Source: Ignavibacteria bacterium
GTDB lineage: Bacteria; Bacteroidota; Ignavibacteria; Ignavibacteriales; Ignavibacteriaceae
NCBI GenBank assembly: GCA_011052365.1
Contig: DRJC01000200.1
Location: 1 to 59,156 of the forward strand
Reading direction: 5' to 3'
Length of the DNA stretch: 59,156 nt
The notes below the pieces were generated by a model. That model had not been told where the DNA came from and searched no databases. It was given only the letters and a program-made list of their open reading frames with translations. The position numbers and the translations under genes were made by a program. Numbering within the stretch: the stretch's first letter is position 1; the number at the start of each line of letters is the position of its first letter. This document shows positions 34,386 through 44,184 of the stretch, one piece after another.

Positions 34386-35437
34386 CTTCTAAACTTTTTT
34401 ACATTTCTTAAATGTTGATTGTAACTGTTTGAAAAATTATGCCCGCCTTTTCCGTTTGCAACAAAATAAAGAAAACGTGTTTTGGCAGGATATAAAACCG
34501 CTAATATTGCTGCTTTACCCGGATTGTTTATCGGACCGGGCGGCAAGCCGGCATATTTATATGTATTATAAGGTGAATCAATTTTTAAATCATCATATAA
34601 TAATCTCTTCCAGCCATTTGTTTGCAAAAATTGTATTGTGGGATCCGCTTGAAGTCTCATACCGATTCTAAGTCTGTTCAAATACACACTTGCAATTTTC
34701 GGCATTTCAGCTTTGTAATTAGTTTCTCCCTTTATAATTGATGCCAAAGTAACAACTTGTTCAAATGAATATCCGGATTTTTTAGTTTGCTCCCAAAGTG
34801 AATCTACCATAAATTCTTGAAAGGATTTATACAGTCTTTTTAATACTTCTTTACCGGTGCTCCGTTCATAAAACTCATATTCACCCGGCATAAGAAAACC
34901 TTCAAGTGAATTTCTCTGTAATCCCAAACTTCTAACAAAACTTTCATCTTTACTTAAATTTACAAATGAAGTGGAGTCCATAAGTATCTTTTTTTTAAGA
35001 ATATACGCCATCCATTTGGCGGATAATCCGTCTCTTAAATAAACTCGTCTTAAAAAATCTGCTTTCCCTTTTGTAAAAAGATCAATCAGATCTAAATAAC
35101 TTAATCCGTTTGGAATATGATATCTTGCAGCCCTTAATTTGTTTTGTGCTCCATAAATATAACTCGCTAAAAACATATTTTTTTTACTCGGGATTATTCC
35201 GGTATCATATAACCTATTAATAATACTATTTAACGGTTCTCCATTATGAATTTCAAATTTAATAGGAGATGGTTTATCATAATAATTTGGAGTAAAAAGG
35301 ATAAGGTATAAAGTCATCCACACAATTAAAAAAACACTTGCAAAAATTACTACTTCTTTTTTGTTCACTATAGCAATTAACTTTTCTAATTTGCTATTTA
35401 ATTTTTCTGTATTCAATTTAATTTTCTTCAATATCAT
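34343..35437 (-). CDS. mltG: Endolytic murein transglycosylase MltG (YceG family)
   Basis: N-terminal TM, ...ASIIKGET..., LQADPTIQF, SPYNTYKYAGLPPGPINNPG. Confidence 0.9.
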   Translation of the reverse strand: MILKKIKLNTEKLNSKLEKLIAIVNKKEVVIFASVFLIVWMTLYLILFTPNYYDKPSPIKFEIHNGEPLNSIINRLYDTGIIPSKKNMFLASYIYGAQNKLRAARYHIPNGLSYLDLIDLFTKGKADFLRRVYLRDGLSAKWMAYILKKKILMDSTSFVNLSKDESFVRSLGLQRNSLEGFLMPGEYEFYERSTGKEVLKRLYKSFQEFMVDSLWEQTKKSGYSFEQVVTLASIIKGETNYKAEMPKIASVYLNRLRIGMRLQADPTIQFLQTNGWKRLLYDDLKIDSPYNTYKYAGLPPGPINNPGKAAILAVLYPAKTRFLYFVANGKGGHNFSNSYNQHLRNVKKFRRWVRQQKRKAKQKS

Positions 35438-35756
35438 CCTTTTGGATCGCTCTTGATTCGTCTAATATCCTTTCATAGATACGATTTAAAGCTGAAGTAT
35501 TAAGTGGTTTTTTTGCAAATTTATTTATCCGTTTACTTATCTCTCTTTCTCTTTCGGGATTGTATGTCGGCATTTTTAAAGCACGTTTAACACGCCCTAT
35601 CATCACGGAAAAGTAAGTTCTTTTACTCAATAATTTTGTTAAGTTCTCATCCAAAGAATCAATCTCATTTCTTAGCTTAGTAAGAAGTTTCTCTTTTTCA
35701 TCTTTGTTTAATTCGTTAAAATCCTCAAGCATTAATTTATAATCTTTATTATTCAT
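35418..35756 (-). CDS. Chorismate mutase (AroQ class)
   Basis: LRNEIDSLDENLTKLLSKRTYFSVMIGRVK... and ...RIYERILDESRAIQ. Confidence 0.8.
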   Translation of the reverse strand: MNNKDYKLMLEDFNELNKDEKEKLLTKLRNEIDSLDENLTKLLSKRTYFSVMIGRVKRALKMPTYNPEREREISKRINKFAKKPLNTSALNRIYERILDESRAIQKDDIEEN

Positions 35757-35848
35757 TTAGTTCAAATTATAATTGGTAGAAATGGTTAAAACTATTCTTT
35801 ACAATTTTATAAATTTTTTTTAATTATTATTACAAGATAATACAATAA

Positions 35849-36868
35849 TTAAAAATTAAAACCATCTTTTGAAAGATGCGGAAAAGGTTTACCGGATAAA
35901 TCAAATCTTTTCCCCTGATTAAATACAGTCATTCCTCTAAATGCTATCATTGCCGCATTATCACCGCAATATTCTAATTTCGGAATGATTGATCTTTTTC
36001 CGTACTTGTTACTTAAACTTATTATAGAATCCCTTAAACTTTTATTAGCTGCTACTCCTCCTACTAATGAGATAGAATGAACTTTAAATTCCCGTAAAGC
36101 CTTTTCAGTATTTTGTATCAAGGCACCTTTCACGGCATTCTGAAATGCCAAAGCAATATCATTTTTCAATTTCTGGTCCAATTGTTTATCGCCAACACTA
36201 TTTTTTTGAATATATCTTAGAACCGAAGTTTTAACTCCGCTGAATGAAAAATCATAAGGTCGCTTTAAATTTGCAATCGGAAATTTTATATCAGTACCAT
36301 TTGACTTTGAGGCAAGCTCCTGTATTTTTGGTCCGCCCGGGTATTGAAGTCCCAACATTTTAGCAACTTTGTCAAAAGATTCACCGGCAGCATCATCAAT
36401 TGTTGAACCAAGCTGAACGATTTCAGTAAAGCTTTTAACAAGCAAAAGTAACGTATGTCCACCTGAAACAACAAGGGTCAAGAAAGGGAATTCAGGTTTT
36501 TCATCCATTAAAAAACCGGAAAAAATATGTCCTTCAATATGGTTAACCGGAACGAAAGGTTTGTTAAGAGAAAGTGCCAACCCTTTTGCAAATGTAAAAC
36601 CAACAAGTAAAGCTCCTATTAAACCGGGACCTGCTGTTGCACAGATTAAATCAATATCTGTCAATTCTAAATTGGATTTTGTTAATGCTTGTTTTACTAA
36701 CGGAGTTATAATTTGCAGATGTGCGCGGCTCGAAAGTTCAGGTACAACTCCCCCGTATTCTTTGTGAAAGTCTTGAGAGGAAATTAAATTAGCAAGCAAT
36801 TCATCATCAGATAATATTGCTACTGAAGTTTCGTCGCATGAGCTTTCAATTCCTATTACATTCATCAT
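35849..36868 (-). CDS. tsaD: tRNA N6-adenosine threonylcarbamoyltransferase
   Basis: IGIESSCDETSVAI, HIEGHI, SGGHT, GVAANK motifs. Confidence 0.95.
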   Translation of the reverse strand: MMNVIGIESSCDETSVAILSDDELLANLISSQDFHKEYGGVVPELSSRAHLQIITPLVKQALTKSNLELTDIDLICATAGPGLIGALLVGFTFAKGLALSLNKPFVPVNHIEGHIFSGFLMDEKPEFPFLTLVVSGGHTLLLLVKSFTEIVQLGSTIDDAAGESFDKVAKMLGLQYPGGPKIQELASKSNGTDIKFPIANLKRPYDFSFSGVKTSVLRYIQKNSVGDKQLDQKLKNDIALAFQNAVKGALIQNTEKALREFKVHSISLVGGVAANKSLRDSIISLSNKYGKRSIIPKLEYCGDNAAMIAFRGMTVFNQGKRFDLSGKPFPHLSKDGFNF

Positions 36869-37764
36869 TTAAAAGAAAACAAATTTTTAAATATGTATCC
36901 TGCAATAGCAGGATTTTCTTTCAGTCTGCGAATTGAATAGTTATACCAATGTTCCCCGTATGGAATATAAACCCTAATTTTATAACCGTCTTTCACTATT
37001 CTATCTCTTAAATCTTCTCTTACTCCAAGCAGCATTTGAAACTCAAAATTATCATTCGATAAATTATATTTTTTAATCATTTTATATGCTTCATTAATAA
37101 GATATTCATCATGAGTTGCAATACCAACATAATTGCCCGATGAAATAATTTCTTCCAACAGCTTTAAATAATTTTCCCTTATAGCTTCTTTCTTTTTGTA
37201 AGCAATGTCTTGTGATTCAATATAAATGCCTTTACACAGCCTGTAATTAGTATTTATTTTATTTAAATCTTTAATATCATCCAAGCTTCTTTTAAGGTAT
37301 GCTTGAACAACAACGCCTACCCTGTTGTATTTTTCTTTCAGCTTCTTTAATAAATCAAAAGTTAAAGTTGTGTAAGGAGAATCTTCCATATCAATGCGTA
37401 TAAAATTATTTACCTCTTCAACTTTTGACACTAATTCAGAAATTTGTTCATACGCAAAATCACTATTTATGCTAAGTCCCATTTGTGTCGGTTTAATTGA
37501 GAGATTAGCATCTAAGTTTTCTGAAATGATTTTATCGATAATACATTTTGCTTCTTCTTTTGATTTTATTGCTTCATCTTTATTTGTTACGGCTTCACCA
37601 AGCACATCCAATGTTGCAAGAATTCCTTTTTTATTGAGTCCTTTAACTAAGTCAACTGCTTCTTGAAGTGTTGCCCCTGCAATATATCTTTTGGAGAATT
37701 TCCATACTAATTTCTTAGGCATAAATTGTACAATAGCAACAATCAATCTATTAAGCGGATTCAA
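36865..37764 (-). CDS. Proline dehydrogenase family protein (monofunctional PRODH)
   Basis: TIM-barrel PRODH pattern. ...LLGVREDL..., YIPYGEHWYNYSIRRLKENP C-terminus. Confidence 0.8.
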   Translation of the reverse strand: MNPLNRLIVAIVQFMPKKLVWKFSKRYIAGATLQEAVDLVKGLNKKGILATLDVLGEAVTNKDEAIKSKEEAKCIIDKIISENLDANLSIKPTQMGLSINSDFAYEQISELVSKVEEVNNFIRIDMEDSPYTTLTFDLLKKLKEKYNRVGVVVQAYLKRSLDDIKDLNKINTNYRLCKGIYIESQDIAYKKKEAIRENYLKLLEEIISSGNYVGIATHDEYLINEAYKMIKKYNLSNDNFEFQMLLGVREDLRDRIVKDGYKIRVYIPYGEHWYNYSIRRLKENPAIAGYIFKNLFSFK

Positions 37765-37835
37765 TATTTATTCCCTTTAATTTAATAAACAAATTTACTT
37801 TAACGGTTTTACTATTTCAATTACACTAATAATAC

Positions 37836-38669
37836 TTATTCTGAGATAAGCTTACCGGTTTCATAAGTGCCAAAAGATTTTATTCCGGATGAGATTTCTT
37901 TAAGGTGAGTAATGGCTAACTTTATTTTTTCATCTTTCACATCACCTACAAAATCGATATAAAATAAATATTGAAACGGTTTATCCGGTAAAGGTCTTGA
38001 TTCTATTTTTACAAGGTCGATATCTCTTAGAGCAAACACACTTAAAGCTTTAAACAAGGCTCCGGGTATACTCTTTAGTTCAATACTTAAAGACGTTTTT
38101 GGATTATTTAATTTCCCCCTATGTGGTCTTTTGGCAATAATTAGAAATCTTGTATAATTTTTCTTTTTGTTCTGAATATTTGATCTGATTATTTTTAGTC
38201 CGTAAAGCTTAGCTGCTTCCTTGCTGGCAATAGCAGCTGAGATTTCATCGTGATCTTTGTTCAGCATTTTAGCTGAACCGGCTGTATCATAATTCGGTAT
38301 TATTTTTACTCTATGTATTGATCCTAAAAATATTGAGCATTGTCCTAAAGCCTGAGGGTGGGAGTATATTTTTTTGATCTGTGCAATCTTATATTTTTTG
38401 TTGGAAAGCAGACAGTGACTTATCTGAAGATTAATTTCACCAACGATATAAAGAGAATTTTTTTGAAGCAAGTCAAGCGAATCGATTATACTTCCGTAAA
38501 GTGAATTCTCTATAGGTACAATACCGTAGTTTACCTTTTTGTTTTTGACTTTATTAAAAACATCGTTAAAAGAAAATGATGTTGAAACTCTAATATCTTT
38601 TCCGAAAAAACCTTTCGCCGCAATTTCACTGAATGAACCTTTTTCACCTTGAATAGCTATCAATTTCAT
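37836..38669 (-). CDS. pheA: Prephenate dehydratase (PDT + ACT domains)
   Basis: IAIQGEKGSFSE, NYTRFLII (TRF motif), IESRP motif in the ACT domain. Confidence 0.9.
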   Translation of the reverse strand: MKLIAIQGEKGSFSEIAAKGFFGKDIRVSTSFSFNDVFNKVKNKKVNYGIVPIENSLYGSIIDSLDLLQKNSLYIVGEINLQISHCLLSNKKYKIAQIKKIYSHPQALGQCSIFLGSIHRVKIIPNYDTAGSAKMLNKDHDEISAAIASKEAAKLYGLKIIRSNIQNKKKNYTRFLIIAKRPHRGKLNNPKTSLSIELKSIPGALFKALSVFALRDIDLVKIESRPLPDKPFQYLFYIDFVGDVKDEKIKLAITHLKEISSGIKSFGTYETGKLISE

Positions 38670-38670
38670 A

Positions 38671-39282
38671 CTACTTATTAACCATCCCTTTTAGAACCAA
38701 TAAAAGTAATTCCGCCTTTTGTTTAAGTTCTTTAATACTACCGTTATTCTTAAATTCAAAATCAGCTCTTTTACTTTTTTCTTCTTCTTTTATCTGGTTC
38801 TCTTCCCTTCTCTTAAATTCTTCAAAAGAATAATTATCACTTTTTTCTTTTCTCTTAAATCTATTTCTAAGTTCAGAGGAAATTAGAACAACGTAATTAA
38901 AAAGTTCTTCCATACCTGCTTCATATATTAATGCAGCTTCAACAAATACAATATTTTCATTTACAAGTAATGAATTAATTTGTTCATTAAGATTTTTTAT
39001 AACGACAGGGTGAATAATAGAATTTATTAATTGAACTTTTTGCGGGTCTGAGAACACCGTTTCGGCAAGAAATTTTTTATTTAATTCCTTACCGTTAAAT
39101 GTTTCAGTACCAAATTCTCTAATAACTTCCGATTTTACATTTTCATCATTTACCAATATCTCTTTGGCAATATCATCAGCTCTTAATACTTTGTAACCTT
39201 TTGATTCTATATAATTACAAAAAGTTGATTTACCCGAACCAATATTTCCTGTTACGGCTATTTTAAGTTTTTTACTATTCAT
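38671..39282 (-). CDS. coaE: Dephospho-CoA kinase
   Basis: IAVTGNIGSGKST P-loop, ~200 aa. Confidence 0.88.
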   Translation of the reverse strand: MNSKKLKIAVTGNIGSGKSTFCNYIESKGYKVLRADDIAKEILVNDENVKSEVIREFGTETFNGKELNKKFLAETVFSDPQKVQLINSIIHPVVIKNLNEQINSLLVNENIVFVEAALIYEAGMEELFNYVVLISSELRNRFKRKEKSDNYSFEEFKRREENQIKEEEKSKRADFEFKNNGSIKELKQKAELLLLVLKGMVNK

Positions 39283-39307
39283 TTAAATATGTTTAGAAAA
39301 TGAAAGT

Positions 39308-40882
39308 TTATTTAGCGTAACTTATTTTTCTGATTTCTCTTATAACTGTAACTTTTATTTGTCCGGGATACTCCATTTCTTCTTGAATTTTATCGGCAAT
39401 GTCGTGAGCTAATTTATCTGCAAGTGTATCGTCAACTTTATCCTGTTCAACAACAACCCTAACTTCTCTGCCCGCTTGTATAGCATAAGTTTTTGCAACA
39501 CCCTCAAAAGATTTTGCCAATGCTTCAAGTGTTTCCAAACGTTTTACATAACCTTCCAACGGTTCGCGCCTGGCACCGGGTCTTGCACCGCTAATAGCAT
39601 CAGCAGCCTGTACCAAAGGAGCAATCGGGTGTTCCATTTCTATATCTTCGTGGTGAGAACCTACGGCATTGGAAACAATAGGATGTTCTTTATGTTTTTT
39701 GGTTAAATCATAACCAATCAAAGCGTGAGGTCCTTCAATACTTTTATCCACAGTTTTACCTACATCGTGTAGCAATCCTGCACGTTTTGCCAGGTTCACA
39801 TCTAGCCCCACTTCGGCAGCCATAATCCCTGTTAAGTAAGCAACTTCTACACTATGCTGTAATAAATTTTGACCGTAACTTGAACGATATCTCATCCGAC
39901 CGATGTGTTTGGTTAATTCAGGGTGCATATTATGCAAGCCTAATTGAAGTACTGTGTTTTCTCCATCTCTCACTAATTCTTCTTCTAATTCAGATTTTAC
40001 TTTTTCAACAACTTCTTCTATCCTGGTTGGATGAATTCTTCCATCATTAATTAATCTCTCTAAAGAAACCCTTGCTACTTCACGACGGAACTGGTCAAAA
40101 GATGAAAGTATTACTGCTTCGGGGGTGTCATCAACAATAACGTCTACACCTGTTGCGGCTTCAAAAGCTCTAATGTTTCTCCCTTCTTTACCGATGATTC
40201 TTCCTTTCATATCATCGCTTTGAATCTGCACAACAGAAACAGTTGTTTCAATAGAATGGTCGGCTGCTGTTCTTTGAATTGCTTGAACTATAATTTTCTG
40301 GGCATCTCTCTTTGCTTCGGCTTTTGCATTCTCGTGTAAATCTTTTATAGCCTGTGATGCTTCAACTTTTGCATCTCTCATTAAATTATCAATAAGCATA
40401 TTTTTAGCTTCTTCTTTGCTAAACCCGGAAATCTTTTCGAGTTTTTCATTCTGTTCTTCTTCTGTTCTTTTAACTATTTCTAAACGTTTATCAGTTTCTA
40501 TTTTTGACTCATTTAATAGCTTCTCAAAATCTTTTATCTCTTTTTCTTTCTTTATAACAAGGTCAAATTTCTTTTCAATATTTACCTCTCTATTGCTAAA
40601 CTGTTTCTCAAGATTTGAAAACTTATTTCTTTTATTAGAAACTTCTTTGTCAAATTCGCTTTTCTTTTTATACCATTCATCTTTAACTTCAAGAAGTTTT
40701 TCTCTTTTTAAATTATTTACTTCTTTTTCAGCATCTCTTAATATCTGTTTTGCTTTTTCTTCAGCTGATGCGAGACTTTTTTTACCCAATTTTGCATTAA
40801 GCATCCAGCCAAAATAAAAGAACAACGCTACTATAAAAACAGATATCCCTATCACCATAATAATATTCTCTGTAATAGACAT
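39308..40882 (-). CDS. rny: Ribonuclease Y
   Basis: N-terminal TM, long Lys/Glu coiled coil, KH domain (GRIIGKEGRNIRAFE), HD domain (LLHDVGK). GGGAGGAAAT SD before the ATG. Confidence 0.96.
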   Translation of the reverse strand: MSITENIIMVIGISVFIVALFFYFGWMLNAKLGKKSLASAEEKAKQILRDAEKEVNNLKREKLLEVKDEWYKKKSEFDKEVSNKRNKFSNLEKQFSNREVNIEKKFDLVIKKEKEIKDFEKLLNESKIETDKRLEIVKRTEEEQNEKLEKISGFSKEEAKNMLIDNLMRDAKVEASQAIKDLHENAKAEAKRDAQKIIVQAIQRTAADHSIETTVSVVQIQSDDMKGRIIGKEGRNIRAFEAATGVDVIVDDTPEAVILSSFDQFRREVARVSLERLINDGRIHPTRIEEVVEKVKSELEEELVRDGENTVLQLGLHNMHPELTKHIGRMRYRSSYGQNLLQHSVEVAYLTGIMAAEVGLDVNLAKRAGLLHDVGKTVDKSIEGPHALIGYDLTKKHKEHPIVSNAVGSHHEDIEMEHPIAPLVQAADAISGARPGARREPLEGYVKRLETLEALAKSFEGVAKTYAIQAGREVRVVVEQDKVDDTLADKLAHDIADKIQEEMEYPGQIKVTVIREIRKISYAK

Positions 40883-40908
40883 ATTTCCTCCCAGTATTTG
40901 AATTTAAA

Positions 40909-41112
40909 CTCCGCTTCTGCCAGTCATATTTTAATAAGGAAAAACCCTATTAAGACAATGTGGGAACCTGCTCAAACGCTTTTTGCTTCCACTGCTGCTA
41001 AAAGCAAATCTTTCATAAAAAATGAAAGATGAGGCCTGCAATAGACGCCGAAAGTCAAACTCCCTAATAATGAAAGTTAGTTTTTCATTTATTAAAGACT
41101 GACAGAGCGGAA
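40909..41112 (-). ncRNA. ssrS: Structured ~200-nt RNA, 6S RNA (ssrS)-like rod; alternatively a structured rny 5' leader
   Basis: The ends pair over ~15 bp (40910-40925 with 41097-41111, one bulge; one position is a G-U pair only on the minus strand). The stem continues with TTTAATAA/TTATTAAA (8 bp) and GAAAAAC/GTTTTTC (7 bp). An unpaired central region and a central perfect hairpin TCTTTCAT-aaaaa-ATGAAAGA (41010-41030) follow. It lies immediately downstream of zapA, as ssrS does in E. coli. Confidence 0.45.
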
Positions 41113-41116
41113 AAGA

Positions 41117-41413
41117 TTAAGAAGGGTTAGATGTTTCCGGTTCGTAAAGATTTAATTTTATTTTCTTTACTATATCTGAAGCTTGTATTACGAATTCTCG
41201 ATTTTTATTTTTCTCAAGGAACAAATCATAAGCAATATTTAAACAAGCAATAATTGCTATGGTTTGTGCCGGTTGGTCAGGAAGTTCTTCTTTTGTCTCT
41301 TCCATAACTTTATTTACGTAAATAGCCAGTTCTTTTGCTATATCTTCATTTTCAACTAATAGAGAATATTCCGTATCAAATATTTTTACTTTTAGCTTCT
41401 TTTTGTCCGCCAT
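41117..41413 (-). CDS. zapA: Cell division protein ZapA
   Basis: 98 aa. VKIFDTEYSLLVENEDIAKELAIYVNKVMEE... is typical of ZapA. Confidence 0.75.
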   Translation of the reverse strand: MADKKKLKVKIFDTEYSLLVENEDIAKELAIYVNKVMEETKEELPDQPAQTIAIIACLNIAYDLFLEKNKNREFVIQASDIVKKIKLNLYEPETSNPS

Positions 41414-41448
41414 AAATATCTAATCCTTCTATAATCCTTAATATTATA

Positions 41449-41763
41449 TTAAGAACTAATATGATAATCAATTCTTGTAAGCAAATTCTGTAATCTTGAT
41501 TTAAGATTTGCTCTTTCTTCACTGCTTAGTGAATCAAACAAAGAATTATTATCTTTTTTATTTTTAATCTCTGATAACTCCGATTCAATGCCTACAATCC
41601 TCAGAGTCAATTCCGAGATCTTTTGCTGTGCACTTTCTAATTGTTTTTCCAAATCTAAATTTCTATTAGTAAGGTCACTACAATTAGAAACTAAAATTGA
41701 TACTTGCGTCTCTATTGTATTTAGCTCATTTAATAAAATTTCGGATTTTGTATATTCAGACAA
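41449..41763 (-). CDS. Small coiled-coil protein (ZapB-like / unknown)
   Basis: 104 aa, heptad Leu/Glu-rich. Abuts the pheT stop (1-nt spacing) and precedes zapA. Confidence 0.5.
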   Translation of the reverse strand: MSEYTKSEILLNELNTIETQVSILVSNCSDLTNRNLDLEKQLESAQQKISELTLRIVGIESELSEIKNKKDNNSLFDSLSSEERANLKSRLQNLLTRIDYHISS

Positions 41764-44169
41764 TTAGTTACCTCTTAATTGTGCACCAAATTTATTTGTA
41801 ACCGCAGTAATTAAACTACGGAAATCTTTTTCAACTTCTTCTTCCGTCAGCGTTCGTTTGTTGGAATAATACTCCATGGCAAACGCCAAACTCTTTTTAT
41901 TTCTTCCTAATGATTCATGTTCAAATAAATCAAAAAGACGAATAGATTTAAGTAAATCAGAACTTTTTTTATTTATAAAATCTCTAACCGTTTCAAAATC
42001 AATCTCCTTATCAAATATAAAAGCAAAATCCCTGTATATTTTAGGAAATTTCAACGGCTCAATATAATACTTTTTATCCGGAATTATGCTTTTTAATAAC
42101 TCCAAATCATACTCAAACAAATATACATCTTGGGCTATATCAAATTGTTTGAGAAGGTCTTTATTTAACTTACCTCCTTCTCCTATTTGTGTTTCTTTAT
42201 AATTTTTTTGAATGAAATAATCATAAAAATTACTTTCAATATTATTATAGGAATCATTCAAAACATTGTCAAGGGAAATTTTTCTTTCAAAGCTATTTAA
42301 CATGCCTTTTAGATTATAAAAATCATATCCTTTTTCCTTTGCAAACCATTGTTTTTTACTTGATTTACCTGTCAATATAAATATCAACTTTCCTTTTTCT
42401 GTAAAATCATCAACACTTGATATCTTCTTATCACTAAGCTTATTAAACACATTCCCAATTTCAAAAAGCTGCAAATCTTTTTCACCGTATTTAATATTTT
42501 GAGATACTACTTTTAAAGCACCGGGAATTAAAGACGTTCTTAAACATTCCATATCCAGGCTTTGAGGATTTTTAACAAAAACCGGGGTACCAATCACGGA
42601 AGCAGTTTCTTTATTCTGAAGTGGATTATTTATCATTTCGTAAAAACCCAAACCATTTGCAGTAGTTCTTAGTAATTCGGCAAATGTTGTTTCATCAGTT
42701 TTTTTATCGAGTGTGATTGATATTTTTGAAATTGTCGGAATATTTTCAAACCCGTTTATGCGGGCTATTTCTTCTATCACATCCACTTCCCTTTCAATGT
42801 CCGGTCTGAATGTGGGAATTGATACAGTTAGATTGTCATTATCTTCAGAAACAATTTTCAATTCCAAACTGTTAAGAACATTTTTAATTTTTTCTTTGTC
42901 AATATCGTAGCCCAATAATTTTGTAACACGGGAATAACGTATTATTATATTTTGCGGCTCAATTTTTTTAGGATAGTTATCCAGTATGCCGTCAATAATT
43001 GTCCCACCGGATAATTCTGATATTAAATTCGCTGCTCTCTCCGCTGCAAAATCCGTAATGTTGGGATTTGTTCCTCTCTCAAATCTGTAAGAAGCATCTG
43101 TACTTAACTGAAGTACTTTTGCAGTTCTTCTAATTGACGAAGGATTGAAATACGCACTTTCAATCAGTATGTCTTTAGTGTTTTCGTTTATCTCGGAATT
43201 CTCTCCGCCCATAATGCCGGCAACAGCAACAGGCTTCTCTCCGTCACAAATCATTAATGTATTTTTAGGCAGTGTCCTTTCTTTTGAATCTAAAGTTGTA
43301 AATTTCGTTTCTTCATCCGTGCTTTTTACAATAATTTTTTGTTTTGCTAATTTATTTAAATCAAAAGCATGCAGCGGCTGACCTGTTTCGTGCATAACAA
43401 AGTTGGTAATATCAACAATATTATTTATCGGTCTTAGCCCGATGTTTTTTAGTTTGTCTTCTAACCAAGCCGGTGATTTTTTTATCTGTACATCCTTAAT
43501 AATCTTAGCAGAATATCTTGGACAATTTTCTACATCTTCAATTTCAACAGCAGCAAATTTTGAAGCTTCACCTAAACTTTCTGATATTTTTACTTCAGGA
43601 ATTTTTAACTCTTTTCCCAGTAAAGCACAAACATCTCTTGCTACACCAATATGAGAAAGTGCATCCGGGCGGTTCGGAGTAATTGCAATTTCCATAATAA
43701 CATCATTTAAATTCAATGCATCACACAAAGGTGTTCCCTCTATTAGCGAATCATCAAGTACCATTATTCCATCGTGATCATCACCAAGTTCTAATTCATC
43801 TTCGCTGCAAATCATTCCGCAGGATTCAACACCGCGGATTTTTGCTTTCTTTAATTGGAAATTACCTTTGGGAATTACCGCACCGACCGGAGCAAAAATT
43901 ATTTTCTGACCTTTATCAACATTGGGTGCGCCGCAAATAACCTGTAAATCTTCTTTGCCGTTTGATACCGTACAAAGTGATAATCTATCGGCATTGGGAT
44001 GTTTGTTTTTTTCTTTTACAAATCCGACAATGAAATCTTTGTAAATTTCTTTTTGATCAACATAATCTTCTACTTCCAAACCGGACATTGTTAAACTATT
44101 AACAAGTTCCACCACAGGCATATCACCGATGTCTACATATTCTTTTAACCAATTAAGTGAAATTTTCAA
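41764..44169 (-). CDS. pheT: Phenylalanine--tRNA ligase beta subunit
   Basis: MKISLNWLKEYV N-terminus; tRNA-binding, B3/4, B5 and FDX-ACB regions; 801 aa. Confidence 0.97.
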   Translation of the reverse strand: MKISLNWLKEYVDIGDMPVVELVNSLTMSGLEVEDYVDQKEIYKDFIVGFVKEKNKHPNADRLSLCTVSNGKEDLQVICGAPNVDKGQKIIFAPVGAVIPKGNFQLKKAKIRGVESCGMICSEDELELGDDHDGIMVLDDSLIEGTPLCDALNLNDVIMEIAITPNRPDALSHIGVARDVCALLGKELKIPEVKISESLGEASKFAAVEIEDVENCPRYSAKIIKDVQIKKSPAWLEDKLKNIGLRPINNIVDITNFVMHETGQPLHAFDLNKLAKQKIIVKSTDEETKFTTLDSKERTLPKNTLMICDGEKPVAVAGIMGGENSEINENTKDILIESAYFNPSSIRRTAKVLQLSTDASYRFERGTNPNITDFAAERAANLISELSGGTIIDGILDNYPKKIEPQNIIIRYSRVTKLLGYDIDKEKIKNVLNSLELKIVSEDNDNLTVSIPTFRPDIEREVDVIEEIARINGFENIPTISKISITLDKKTDETTFAELLRTTANGLGFYEMINNPLQNKETASVIGTPVFVKNPQSLDMECLRTSLIPGALKVVSQNIKYGEKDLQLFEIGNVFNKLSDKKISSVDDFTEKGKLIFILTGKSSKKQWFAKEKGYDFYNLKGMLNSFERKISLDNVLNDSYNNIESNFYDYFIQKNYKETQIGEGGKLNKDLLKQFDIAQDVYLFEYDLELLKSIIPDKKYYIEPLKFPKIYRDFAFIFDKEIDFETVRDFINKKSSDLLKSIRLFDLFEHESLGRNKKSLAFAMEYYSNKRTLTEEEVEKDFRSLITAVTNKFGAQLRGN

Positions 44170-44184
44170 TCTATAAGCTCCGCA

